In this document: positions 18,295 to 27,575 of the stretch, piece after piece | Position numbering within the stretch: the stretch's first letter is position 1 | Layout of the letters: the number at the start of each line of letters is the position of its first letter | Virus record (IMG/VR): IMGVR_UViG_3300020193_000004 | Coordinates: 51,145-115,144 of that record | Strand: one strand, 5' to 3' | Length of the DNA stretch: 64,000 nucleotides | From: a virus | Translations under genes and position numbers: made by a program | The notes under the pieces: generated by a model | Database searches by the model: none | Told to the model about the DNA's origin: nothing | Seen by the model: only the letters and a program-made list of their open reading frames with translations

Positions 18295-19706
18295 CAGACC
18301 GACAGCTCCTCGGCGAAGCGGATGACGTTCAGGGCGTCCTCGCCGAGCTGCCCGGCGGCGGCGAGGTCGGCGAGCGCCGCGTAGTCAGCCAGCGACGCGC
18401 GCTTCTCTTCCTGGAGGAAGGGCGAGCGTTTGGTGTCCACGTTGTACGGGGAGCCGCCCTTGTTGATGTTGACGTTGAACATGCCGCTGCCGGCAGCGCG
18501 ACGCCCCTCGCGCGCAGCCACGAGGTCGGCGAGCGCGGCGTGCTCCTGCCGCATGTGCCGCTTGTTGTACAGGTGGCTCGCGACGTCGGCGTGGAGGGCC
18601 GAAGGGTCTGCCGCCTCTTCGCGGGCCAGGCGTGCACGTAGCTTGCTCAGTCCGTACGTCGTCCCGCCCAGGAGTACGCCACCGGTCAGGGCGCCAGCGG
18701 CGGCGCCCGACAGCCCTGCGCGCCGGGCGGCCTCCAGAGCGGCCCCGCGGGCGATACCGTGCTGGAACCCGAGCAGGGCACCAACGGCTGCTCCCGGGTA
18801 GGCGCCGACGAGGGAGCCGAGCGCGGTGTTGCCACGTCGTGCTCTGTCGGAACCCTCCGCGCGGTTCTGGAGTCCCTGACGCAGCAGGTCTTCCCGCTCG
18901 GGCGCCGACATCCCCAGAGACTCCCGCGCTGCGCGTATCTGCGTGTTCCCACGAGACATCTGCGCTTCGCCGCCGAACCAGTCGTGCTTGGGAGGGTCGC
19001 CCGCGTCGGCCACCTTCAGCCCACCCTTGGCGGTGGCCATCGGGAAGGCCGCCTCGGCCGCCGCGCGGGAGGCACCGGTGTCATCGGCGTGGGCGAAGAG
19101 CTGCGCGAGGCGGGCGCGGGTCGGGAGCTTCGCCTCGCGCTTGGTGGCGTTGACGATGTCCTGGACCGAGCGGAGCATCTCGATGTTCGTGTTCTCGTTC
19201 CTCGCCGGAGGTGCGGCGGCGTTCTCGCCGGACACACTCTGCTGGGGACCCGGGATCGCACTGGTGTCCGCCCGCTTGGTGATGAGGTCGAAGAGGGTCA
19301 TCGGGGCGCCGGCCTTCTTGGTGCCGGTCTGGTCCAGGGTGGCCTGGGTACCAGTCGGGGCCTCGCTCTCCGGAGGAGACTCGCCACAGGGATGGCCGGT
19401 CGGGAGGATCTTCTTCGAGCCGGACTGGGGCGGCACTGCCTGGGTTCCGGTCGGTGCCACGCTCCGGGCCGGGCCCGGGATCGCCGAAGTGTCGGCGCCC
19501 TTGAAGAACTGCTCGACCACGCTCCGGCGTACTGCCCCGGCGACGGAGCCGTCGTCGACGGCACTCATGGCGATGAACTCGTTGGCGTCTGCCAACTCGT
19601 GTGCGAGCTTCACGAGATCGCCGCCCGGGGCGGCCGCGGTCTTCGTCCCCCCGGCGGAAGCACGCGCCTTGTTGAGCGCGGCGTCGATGATGTGCTGTAC
19701 CGACAT
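18294..19706 (-). CDS. Scaffold/core-like protein with KxA motifs and a Gly-zipper insert
   Basis: Start MSVQHII (19706); KTAA, KLAH, KGAD/KRAD each followed by TSAIPGP, KVAD, KRAS. Confidence 0.65.
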   Translation of the reverse strand: MSVQHIIDAALNKARASAGGTKTAAAPGGDLVKLAHELADANEFIAMSAVDDGSVAGAVRRSVVEQFFKGADTSAIPGPARSVAPTGTQAVPPQSGSKKILPTGHPCGESPPESEAPTGTQATLDQTGTKKAGAPMTLFDLITKRADTSAIPGPQQSVSGENAAAPPARNENTNIEMLRSVQDIVNATKREAKLPTRARLAQLFAHADDTGASRAAAEAAFPMATAKGGLKVADAGDPPKHDWFGGEAQMSRGNTQIRAARESLGMSAPEREDLLRQGLQNRAEGSDRARRGNTALGSLVGAYPGAAVGALLGFQHGIARGAALEAARRAGLSGAAAGALTGGVLLGGTTYGLSKLRARLAREEAADPSALHADVASHLYNKRHMRQEHAALADLVAAREGRRAAGSGMFNVNINKGGSPYNVDTKRSPFLQEEKRASLADYAALADLAAAGQLGEDALNVIRFAEELSV

Positions 19707-19716
19707 GGGTGATGCC

Positions 19717-19929
19717 TCAGGCGCTGATGTTGGGAGGTGGGAGTGAGGCCGGCGAGGTCGCCTTGATGGCCTGCGAGATGGAGGGGGTAGACCCGGCTGC
19801 CGGTTGGGATGAGGGGAACTTCCGCATCGCGTTGCCATGGGCCGCAGCACCGGCCGGGTTCCTCCCGAGTGACGCCGCGTGCTTGCGGAGCTCCTCGGAG
19901 AACGCTTCCAGCTGGGCTCTCGGCATCAC
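19717..19929 (-). CDS. Small protein with AFSEELRKHA leader
   Basis: GAGGAG RBS; shares the leader motif. Confidence 0.55.
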   Translation of the reverse strand: MMPRAQLEAFSEELRKHAASLGRNPAGAAAHGNAMRKFPSSQPAAGSTPSISQAIKATSPASLPPPNISA

Positions 19930-19936
19930 GGGCTCC

Positions 19937-21442
19937 TCACTCGGCCGTCGCGTATCCGTTGTCGATCAGCCACTGGGCGGCGAGATCCTCGGCGGCGTCC
20001 TGGACGAGCAGGTCGAGCGCGGCATCGGCGGACTTCTCCTCCCCCTCCTCCCTCTCGATCGCCGCGTCGACGATCATGCTGGCCGCCTTCTGCAGCCCAG
20101 CACCGTCCCCAGCGTTGGCGAGCTCGGCCAGGGTGAGGACGTCCTCGCCCGTGAGGGCGATCGCGCTGCTGTTCTTCTCGCTGCCCGCGGTCTTGCTGCG
20201 GTTGCGCAGGGCCTTGACGCCCTTGTACCCACCGAAGCCGAGGCCCGCTGTGCCCGCCGCGGCGACCGCGCGCGCACCGAGGATCTTGCGGGCCTCGACT
20301 GCGTACGGGCCCGAGCCGCGGGCAGCCTCCATGAGTCCGAGCGACGTACGGCGCCTGAACTCGTTGCCGGTGAGCAGCTGCTTGCCGCGCTGACCCGCGG
20401 CCGACGCGAAGTCCATCAGCGTCTCTCGGACCGATGCCTCCTTCTCGAGCGCCGCCTCGACGATCAGGCTGGCCGCCTTCTGGAGGCCTTCGGCATCGCC
20501 GGCCGCGGCGAGGTTGTTGAGGATCAGGACGTCGTCGACCGTGAGGTCGATCGCGCTGCTGGTCTTCTCGCCGTCGTTCTCGGGCGGCGTGCCACGGCTC
20601 ATGCGCTTCTTGGCGGCCATGGCCCCGCCCGCCAGGAGGGTGGCTCCGGCCACCGGGATTCCGTAGCCGATCGCACGAGCGGCGCGGTCGCTGATCGGTC
20701 CGCGCCCCAGTCGGTGGGCGATGTTGGCGCCGAGGTCCAGGGCCCTCGAGTCGATCTTGCCACCCGCCGCGCGCGCCGCGCCGAAGATGCGGTCCGTGAG
20801 CCCCTCCTTCCTCGGGATGAGCGCGAGGGCCCGCTCCCCAGGCGCTGCGACGGGTACTGCGGCGACGGGTACTGCGGCGGCGGCGGCGGCTGCAGCTCTG
20901 CTCCGGTGGCGCCTTCTAACGAAGTCCTCGGGGGTGTCGTTCCACGCCCCGAGCTTGCCCATCTCGTCCACGTAGCTGCGCGCCATCTGCCGTCCGAGGA
21001 TGTCGGCCTCGGCCAGCTTGGCCTGGGCCTCCTCGACCTGGGCCTGCTTCTCGACGTCGACGACGACCGGCTCGAACCCGTTCTCGGCCATCACCGGGAG
21101 CACGTTCTCGAGGAAGTACTCGAACGCCGCGCCGAGCTGCTCGTCGGTGGCGCCCGACAGGTCGAGGCCTTCGGCGCTCGCCTGCTTGTCGAAGAGCGCG
21201 AAGGCCTGCTCCTGGGTCAGGGAGGCGATCTTCTGCTCGGTGGAGGGTGCGTCGAGCAACGCGGGGAGCACGTTCGCCTCGAAGTGCGCGTAGAGCTCCT
21301 CGACCTGCTCCGGGGCCAGCAGGTCGAGGTCGATGCTCTCGGCCGCGGCTACTTTCTGGAAGATACGCACGCTGGCGGCCTTCTCGAGGTCCTCGGGAGT
21401 CACGTTGTGCTGGGCGAGGGTCTCGGCGAGCTTGATGGACAT
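19937..21442 (-). CDS. Prohead scaffold/core-like protein with internal repeats and many KxA motifs
   Basis: Acidic and helical; duplicated SSAIxLTxxDVLxLxxLAxAGDxxGLQKAASxIVxAAxE; next to the protease. Confidence 0.65.
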   Translation of the reverse strand: MSIKLAETLAQHNVTPEDLEKAASVRIFQKVAAAESIDLDLLAPEQVEELYAHFEANVLPALLDAPSTEQKIASLTQEQAFALFDKQASAEGLDLSGATDEQLGAAFEYFLENVLPVMAENGFEPVVVDVEKQAQVEEAQAKLAEADILGRQMARSYVDEMGKLGAWNDTPEDFVRRRHRSRAAAAAAAAVPVAAVPVAAPGERALALIPRKEGLTDRIFGAARAAGGKIDSRALDLGANIAHRLGRGPISDRAARAIGYGIPVAGATLLAGGAMAAKKRMSRGTPPENDGEKTSSAIDLTVDDVLILNNLAAAGDAEGLQKAASLIVEAALEKEASVRETLMDFASAAGQRGKQLLTGNEFRRRTSLGLMEAARGSGPYAVEARKILGARAVAAAGTAGLGFGGYKGVKALRNRSKTAGSEKNSSAIALTGEDVLTLAELANAGDGAGLQKAASMIVDAAIEREEGEEKSADAALDLLVQDAAEDLAAQWLIDNGYATAE

Positions 21443-21546
21443 GCGATTCGGGCTCCGTTGGAGGTAGCAATGAAGTGGGAGGTCCGAGGGGACTCTATGA
21501 AGACGCCGCTCGCCCTGCAGGGAGGACTCTATCCTATGTTGTAGTC

Positions 21547-23457
21547 CTACCAGTAGGCAAGGTGGAGAAGAAGGGAGGAGATCAAGTTCGGGGCATCCGC
21601 GGTCTTGTCACTGAAGAGAGTAGCAGACCTGGACATCGCGGGCACATAACTCCAATCGGGTGGACGCGTCATCAGCCCCGTCCGATAGTCGTTGTACTGC
21701 TGCGAGATCTGGTCAAGAAGCGGGTCGGAAAGCAGTGTACTGACTCCGCCGTCCTGCGGAGCGGGACACATCGTAATGCGGATCGCGACGGCCCTGGGTG
21801 CGAACGACCGCCCGAGAAGCACCGGGCCGAGTGCGCTCACGAGTCGAGAGATCGTGTCGCCGCGCAAGGCACCAGGCAGCCACCGCGGCTCGTGGTAGGG
21901 GTCGAGCGGCGTACGCTCGAAGCAGCTGCCCTCCGCAGCCAGCTCCTGCGCCCTGGCCGACTGCCCCATGGAGCTCAACGAGCAGTACTGGAACTCCTCT
22001 GGGCGGAGAACGACCCCGAGGGCGCCCAGGTGCGACAGCATGTCGTGCATGCTGGAGGGGCCAGCACCGCACTCGTCGTAGATCTCACGAGGCAGCACCG
22101 GGACCAGGCGCCCCATGTGATCCCTCAGCAGCGCCCGCTGGTGCTCGCTCGGAGCCGGAATCCGCTTCACGAGCTCCGCCCACTTGGCCAGAGAGCCCAG
22201 CTTCTCCCCGACCGGCAGCGCATTCATGCGGCTGGTAAGCAAAGCGATCGCGCGGTCCTGCTGCGCAGGCGTGACCGAGGCAGCGTGCAGATCTTGCCCG
22301 CTCCGCCCCTCCCAGAACCGCTGCTCCTCGTCCGTGATCGTACGGTCTCGCACGCCGGCGCGACGTCGCAACGTCTCCTGCGCGTGCTCCATCGCCTTCG
22401 CCTCGGCGTCCGAACGCGCGGCAGGGAGCGCGGACAGCACACTGGCAATGTTCGCGCCGACGCGGGACTCCGCGGGACCGCGCACGCGGGAGTTGAGGAC
22501 ATTGGCAACTGCGTTCCCGAGACGCGCATGCCGTTCGTCGAGCGGCAGGAGAGGCGCGTCGGCCGAGACCTCACGAGTCGAGAGACCAATACCGCCGGGG
22601 GCGAAGAGCCTCTCCGTGTACGGGCGGTTCCCGCGTACCCTGGAGGTAACGTTCGCCATCACCTTCGCCGATCGCTCCGCACCGATGAAGACGTAGGAGT
22701 CGTCGAAGAAGCGCGGGTAGTCGTTGTAGACGCCGCACATCCTCCCGTCGGGGAGGATGGCGCGCATCCCGAACGGAGGAAGCGCCCCGCGCACGACGTG
22801 CTCGCAGTAGTGCTCGGGCGACCGCGCGTAGTGGTTGCAGATCGAGCAGCGGTCGTAAGGCACCTTCGCGCCCATCGAGGTGTCCGGGAACTCCCCCGCG
22901 GCGATCCGATCGTAGAGGTCGACCGCACCCAGGCGAACGCAGAGGTCCCGTACCAGCTCCGAGACGAGGACGACCCGACGCATCCGCGCATCCCAGAACG
23001 CCCCGAGGATGTACCCGTAGGCGCGCTCCGGGTCCTTGTTCACGTGGTGGCGGAAACGGTGCGCGTTGTAGAAGGTCGGGTACCCCCACGCGAGGGAGCC
23101 CCAGTCTTTGACGGTCTCCGTGGTGCTGGCAGCTCGCCGACGTCCCTCGATGTCCCAGACCGGGATCGTGTCCCAGCCCGGCGGCGTGTGGAGCAGCCCG
23201 CGCTCGGTGAACCAGTCGCCCCGGAGGTTGAAGCCAACGAACTCCCCTGCGCCGAGAGCGGAGTTCACCAGGTAGAGCCGCCCCGGCTGGGGCTGGATCG
23301 ACTCGATGAGCTCGAGGACTTCGGGCAGGTGCTCGCCACTCGCGACCTTGTCCAGTCCCGCGGACGTACCCAGGCCGTAGCCGGTGCTCGGCTCGACCAG
23401 GTGGATGAGAGGACGGCCCTCGGCCGTCTTCCCGTGGAGCTGGAAGTGCTTGTCCAT
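21547..23457 (-). CDS. Putative prohead (capsid maturation) serine protease with Zn-finger insertion
   Basis: FRHHVNKDP...G.I; TSMGAKVPYDRCSICNH...CEH; DSYVFIGAE resembling S-x-V-x-x-P-A; lies upstream of scaffold-like and capsid genes. Confidence 0.65.
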   Translation of the reverse strand: MDKHFQLHGKTAEGRPLIHLVEPSTGYGLGTSAGLDKVASGEHLPEVLELIESIQPQPGRLYLVNSALGAGEFVGFNLRGDWFTERGLLHTPPGWDTIPVWDIEGRRRAASTTETVKDWGSLAWGYPTFYNAHRFRHHVNKDPERAYGYILGAFWDARMRRVVLVSELVRDLCVRLGAVDLYDRIAAGEFPDTSMGAKVPYDRCSICNHYARSPEHYCEHVVRGALPPFGMRAILPDGRMCGVYNDYPRFFDDSYVFIGAERSAKVMANVTSRVRGNRPYTERLFAPGGIGLSTREVSADAPLLPLDERHARLGNAVANVLNSRVRGPAESRVGANIASVLSALPAARSDAEAKAMEHAQETLRRRAGVRDRTITDEEQRFWEGRSGQDLHAASVTPAQQDRAIALLTSRMNALPVGEKLGSLAKWAELVKRIPAPSEHQRALLRDHMGRLVPVLPREIYDECGAGPSSMHDMLSHLGALGVVLRPEEFQYCSLSSMGQSARAQELAAEGSCFERTPLDPYHEPRWLPGALRGDTISRLVSALGPVLLGRSFAPRAVAIRITMCPAPQDGGVSTLLSDPLLDQISQQYNDYRTGLMTRPPDWSYVPAMSRSATLFSDKTADAPNLISSLLLHLAYW

Positions 23458-24464
23458 CAGGGCATGTGGCGGCGCAGGTTCGGGTACAGATGCAGCACGT
23501 CACCGATGGTCGGAGGGGTCTTCTGCCCCGTCACGGGATCCAGGTACTCCTGGTTGACTGCGTCGCGCAGGATCGCCTGGGCGAATACGCGGCGGTCGTT
23601 CGCCTCCCGGTCGAGCTTCTTCTCGTGGCGGTCGTCGGCGCGGTCCCGGCGACTGGCATAGAACTGCCGCGCCTTCATGCCCAGTTCCTGGCGCTTGAGC
23701 TTGAGGTCCTGCTGCCGGCGAAAATAGGCGTCCAGCTCCTTGGCCTCCTCGCCGCGCTCCTTCCGCACCCGCTCGGCCTTCGCCTCGGCCAGCTCATCCC
23801 TGCGCTGCGCGATCTGTGCGTCGTTCTGCGCCGCCTGCCAGCTCTGCTGATGCTGCGCACTGCGCAGCTTGGACGCCTCGTTGAAGCCGATGCCCATGCC
23901 CACCGACATGGCGTCGCGCATGATTTCCTCGCCGGTATGCCGCTCCTCCGGGCGCAGGCGCAGGAGGTTGCCGGCGAGATCGGTCTCCATACGCATGGTC
24001 TTGGGGTCCAGGTTGTCCCGCTGGCGGAGGACCTGTCCGAGGAGCGACCCACCTGCGAGGGGGTCCTTCGCGATGTGCGGATTCATATGGCGGATGGAGT
24101 TGTAGGCGAGCTCGATCTCGTTCGGCGGGTACTCCTTGAGGCGCGGGAACACCTCGAGGATGCGCTCCAGGTCCTTCTTCTTAGAGAGTCGCTCGTTGAT
24201 CGCACGTGCACCGCTGGCGACCCCGTGCACGCCGAGGCCTGCCAGACCGATGCCGAGACTCGACGCCAGGCCGGTGGTGATGGCCTGCTGCGTCGCCGGG
24301 CTGAGCGTGAGACGCCCGAGGGCATTGCGTACGGCCGGAGGCACCAAGAGCGCCTCCTTCTTCATCCCAAGCAGCCCGGCGAGCTTCACGGCAGACGCCG
24401 TATCCGCCGGCGTGATCCTCCCAGCCGCCTGCTTTTCCAGCACATTGACGAGAACTGCATCCAT
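23457..24464 (-). CDS. KxA-motif head protein with a hydrophobic helix and coiled coil
   Basis: KQAA, KLAG, KEAL; LASSLGIGLAGLGVHG. Confidence 0.65.
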   Translation of the reverse strand: MDAVLVNVLEKQAAGRITPADTASAVKLAGLLGMKKEALLVPPAVRNALGRLTLSPATQQAITTGLASSLGIGLAGLGVHGVASGARAINERLSKKKDLERILEVFPRLKEYPPNEIELAYNSIRHMNPHIAKDPLAGGSLLGQVLRQRDNLDPKTMRMETDLAGNLLRLRPEERHTGEEIMRDAMSVGMGIGFNEASKLRSAQHQQSWQAAQNDAQIAQRRDELAEAKAERVRKERGEEAKELDAYFRRQQDLKLKRQELGMKARQFYASRRDRADDRHEKKLDREANDRRVFAQAILRDAVNQEYLDPVTGQKTPPTIGDVLHLYPNLRRHMP

Positions 24465-24742
24465 CAGAAACCTCTCACGGTGGGTCCAGTACCACGGACG
24501 AAGCGCTCGTCCTGCGCCAGCCTACCAGCCATCTGCGGGACCTGGGTAGCTGCACCGACCCCGATCGTGCCAAGGAGTCCGGCGCGCATGATCGGGTTCG
24601 GGGCAACGACACCGGCGCCGTGCCAGATGCCCTTCCCGAGTAGTCCGACTCCCTGCCCGACGGCCTTGACGGTGGTACCGAGCCAGCCGGCCTGCTTGCA
24701 CCACTCGGTGAGCGGACCACCCAGACTACTGGTAGAGCGCAT
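24464..24742 (-). CDS. Small Gly-rich hydrophobic protein
   Basis: Start moved to ATG 24742 (GGAG upstream); KQAGWLG...AGLLGTIGVGAA. Confidence 0.55.
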   Translation of the reverse strand: MRSTSSLGGPLTEWCKQAGWLGTTVKAVGQGVGLLGKGIWHGAGVVAPNPIMRAGLLGTIGVGAATQVPQMAGRLAQDERFVRGTGPTVRGF

Positions 24743-25628
24743 CCTTAAGCTCCCGCTCGACCCGGCCGAGCTGCGTCTGGATGTCCTGCAGCGCGACCCC
24801 TCCATGCACACGGTACTCGCGGAGCTCGGCGACCTTGACCGCCTGGGCCCGCAGGGGGTGCCGCACGTTCAGCCCGTAGCCACCCATGTGAGCGAGCTTC
24901 TCGTTGTCGAGGGGGACGCCACGGCGCGGGAGCGCACGCAGCAGATCCGTCGCGATCGTGTCGAGCACGTTGTCCGAGGCGTCGGCCGTCTTCCCGAACT
25001 CCAGACACGCTTCGACGGCGTGCAGCGGTGCCACGCCCTGGCGCACCGAGGAGACCACCCCGTCGAGGAGCTCGAGGAACGCGATCTTCTCGGCGCCCGC
25101 GGCAGACCCCAGGTCGAGGGAGAGCTTGCGCGCGGCCTCCTTGAGGGTGTCCCGCGTACTGAGGAGCTGGTACCGCGCCTCCTTCTTCATCCCGCTGATG
25201 TCCGCAACGGTCCGCGACATGGCAGCGACGAACGCGTTCTGCGCAGGAGGAGGTCCCCGGGACACCGAGTGACTTGCCGTCTTGTCCATGGAGGTGCCTC
25301 CGCGCGGAGCGCTGGCGAGCTTCGCGCTGAATGATTCGATGCGATGCGCGCGCACGGCCGACGCCGCCTTCACGGCATCCGGTGGATCGAAACTGACGAG
25401 GCGGTCCGGGCCCGGGTTCTCGCGGAACGCGCGCTCGAACACGTCGTGGTAGACCATCTCGCAGACTCGCTGGATGTGCTCGCTGGTGAGCCCTTCCTCC
25501 GAGGTCGAAGCGACCTTGATGACCGCGTCCGTTGCGGACAGATCACCCCCACTCTCGCGGTACAAAGACGCGGCCTCGCGAGCCATGGCGCGGAGGTCGG
25601 TCTCAGTAACTTCGCTGAAGTGTGGCAT
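24726..25628 (-). CDS. KxA-motif head protein
   Basis: Start MPHFSE (25628); KVAS, KAAS, KLAS, KTAS, KEAR, KTAD, KLAH. Confidence 0.65.
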   Translation of the reverse strand: MPHFSEVTETDLRAMAREAASLYRESGGDLSATDAVIKVASTSEEGLTSEHIQRVCEMVYHDVFERAFRENPGPDRLVSFDPPDAVKAASAVRAHRIESFSAKLASAPRGGTSMDKTASHSVSRGPPPAQNAFVAAMSRTVADISGMKKEARYQLLSTRDTLKEAARKLSLDLGSAAGAEKIAFLELLDGVVSSVRQGVAPLHAVEACLEFGKTADASDNVLDTIATDLLRALPRRGVPLDNEKLAHMGGYGLNVRHPLRAQAVKVAELREYRVHGGVALQDIQTQLGRVERELKDALYQ

Positions 25629-25696
25629 CTTGAGTACCTGCAGGGGTGCTTGCGCAAGAATATACCCTTCTTCGACCTTGCGCACGGGAGGAGTAA

Positions 25697-26407
25697 GTGT
25701 CTACGACCCTGATGACCATCGAAGATAGCGCTCGGCACCTCGGGGTGAGCACGAGAACTATCCGCTCCTACATCGCGCAGCACCTCCTGTCTACCCGGCA
25801 GGGTGAGGGTAGCCGCCGGAAGTGGCTCGACCCTGCAGAGGTCGAGGAGCTCCGGAAGGATCAGATCGAGCACTGCGCAGCCACGCCCGGTGCCAGAAAG
25901 CGCGAGACCCTTGAGCTGCGCGCGACGGTCCGCCGCCTGCGGGCCGAGATGGACCTGGTGCTCCGGATCCTCGACGTCCACGAAGCGCCGCTGCGGCTCG
26001 ACGCCGCTGGTGCACACACGATCTACGAGAGCGCACAGGCGGGGCTCCGGAAGACGAACTGGGCCCTGGACGAGCTGACCCAGTGGGCGGAGGTGCTCCT
26101 CCGCATCAACGAAGAGGACCTCCACGTGATCTCTGCGGAGGCAGGAGAGCGCCCCTGGAGTGTGCTCTTGCGCCTCTGCGTGGACTTGATCGTCTACGTG
26201 CACGGCTGTCCAGACTACAAGACGTCGCTCGACCTCCAGGTGATGCACCGGCGACTGACAGAAGCACGCCGTCGACTCCGGATCGCCGCGCTCTGCTACG
26301 AGGACATGTACGGCAGGGAGATGGAACGGGAGCTGAAGCGCGCGGCCCTGCTCGACACACCCACCTCGGTGCGGGAGGCCCTGGTAGCGCGGGCACGCCG
26401 AAAGTAG
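25697..26407 (+). CDS. Helix-turn-helix (MerR/excisionase-like) DNA-binding protein
   Basis: MTIEDSARHLGVSTRTIRSYI; GGAGGAG RBS. Confidence 0.75.
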   Translation: MSTTLMTIEDSARHLGVSTRTIRSYIAQHLLSTRQGEGSRRKWLDPAEVEELRKDQIEHCAATPGARKRETLELRATVRRLRAEMDLVLRILDVHEAPLRLDAAGAHTIYESAQAGLRKTNWALDELTQWAEVLLRINEEDLHVISAEAGERPWSVLLRLCVDLIVYVHGCPDYKTSLDLQVMHRRLTEARRRLRIAALCYEDMYGREMERELKRAALLDTPTSVREALVARARRK

Positions 26408-26419
26408 ACCTAAGGACGG

Positions 26420-26425
26420 CATAAG
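26420..26425 (+). promoter_or_regulatory. CATAAG candidate promoter element
   Basis: Recurs ahead of plus-strand units. Confidence 0.45.
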
Positions 26426-26458
26426 AACCTCGGCAGTCAACAACCTGCTGGAGGTTCC

Positions 26459-26776
26459 ATGGATACGAATGAGGGAGAGAGGGGCAGCCAACGCGTCCGG
26501 GGCACATCAGCGGCGGACGGCGTGGACGCCGCCGCACGCGGGAAGGGGAAGCCCGTACAGGCACCCCCGGTCACGGAAAACCCGAGGCAGAGGGCACCGA
26601 CCCGGCGTCCCTCCTCCCGGGAGGTGCACGAGGACACGGGCCTGGCCGCGAAGGTCGCCGCGCTCGAGGCGGAGAACGTGGAGCTCCGGGACGACCTCCG
26701 CGTCATGCGAACGCACCTCGACGATCTCCACCGGCTGTGCACGACCCACGTGCACTATGTGCGCAGCACCGGGTAG
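26459..26776 (+). CDS. Hypothetical protein with short coiled coil
   Basis: GGAGG RBS; LAAKVAALEAENVELRDDL. Confidence 0.6.
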   Translation: MDTNEGERGSQRVRGTSAADGVDAAARGKGKPVQAPPVTENPRQRAPTRRPSSREVHEDTGLAAKVAALEAENVELRDDLRVMRTHLDDLHRLCTTHVHYVRSTG

Positions 26777-26816
26777 GCGCAGGCCAGAATGCCCTAAAAA
26801 CAGGCACTTTCCCAGT

Positions 26817-26822
26817 CATAAG
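26817..26822 (+). promoter_or_regulatory. CATAAG candidate promoter element
   Basis: Intergenic, with an A-run about 17 nt upstream. Confidence 0.45.
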
Positions 26823-26876
26823 GAGCCTACGGAAGCTCCCAAGCCCCCGTGTGTCCACAACTACCAGGAGTCAACC

Positions 26877-27518
26877 ATGTCGTTCAAGTCCAGTGTCACG
26901 AAGTTCCGACTCGGGCTCACCTCCCTCCTCGCCGCCGTGGCCCGCCCCGCGGCGGAGGGCGCCGTCGCGGCGTCCATCCTGACCTGGGGGGTGCCCCGCG
27001 TGACGATGTACTTCCGCGGGTCGCCCATGGTCCTCTCGATGACCGCCATCATCGGCGGCACCATCGCGACGGTCGCCATGGTCGAGGGCATCTGGTGGGT
27101 TCTCAACGACGAGACCACCGTGGCGAAGGCCCAGGCGGACGCCTGGGCCAGCTTCGGCAGGGAGCTCCTCGCCGACGAGCAGCTCCTTGCCGACTACGCC
27201 CTCCTCCGCGGCAAGTCCCCGGAGGAGGTCAGGGAGCTGGCGGCCATGCTCATCAGCGGGGGCCACGTCAACCCGCTGGCGGCCAAGGTGACCGCGCTCG
27301 AGGAGCAGGTCGCCAAGCTGGCCGCCGCGGCGGCCCCGGCCCCGGTCGTGGCGGCCCCGGCCCCGGTCGTGGCGGCCCCGGCCCCGGTCGTGGCGGCCCC
27401 GGCCCCGGTCGCGGCCCCGGTGGTCCAGACCGGTCCCGCCGTGATGCCGGCGGAGGCCCCCGCCGACGAGGCGGTCCCCGCCAAGAAGGGCGGGAAGAAG
27501 GAGGCGGCCGCGGCCTGA
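26877..27518 (+). CDS. Membrane protein with Ala-Pro-rich tail
   Basis: Start MSFKSSV with AGGAG RBS; hydrophobic helices; (AAPAPVV)n. Confidence 0.7.
   Translation: MSFKSSVTKFRLGLTSLLAAVARPAAEGAVAASILTWGVPRVTMYFRGSPMVLSMTAIIGGTIATVAMVEGIWWVLNDETTVAKAQADAWASFGRELLADEQLLADYALLRGKSPEEVRELAAMLISGGHVNPLAAKVTALEEQVAKLAAAAAPAPVVAAPAPVVAAPAPVVAAPAPVAAPVVQTGPAVMPAEAPADEAVPAKKGGKKEAAAA
27330..27425 (+). repeat. 21-bp tandem repeat GCGGCCCCGGCCCCGGTCGTG (about 4 copies), coding
   Basis: Seen directly. Confidence 0.9.
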
Positions 27519-27531
27519 TGGCCATGAGCAT

Positions 27532-27566
27532 CGCGGGAGAGATGGGGGCAACCCCTCTCTCCCGCG
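27532..27566. terminator. Long hairpin with GCAA tetraloop between convergent genes
   Basis: CGCGGGAGAGA-T-GGGG GCAA CCCC TCTCTCCCGCG. Confidence 0.65.
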
Positions 27567-27575
27567 GCCGCTCGC

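Noticed and set aside
20845-20895. Short GCGGCGACGGGTACT and GCG repeats
   Set aside because: Low-complexity Ala/Val/Pro coding linker with no sign of a separate function
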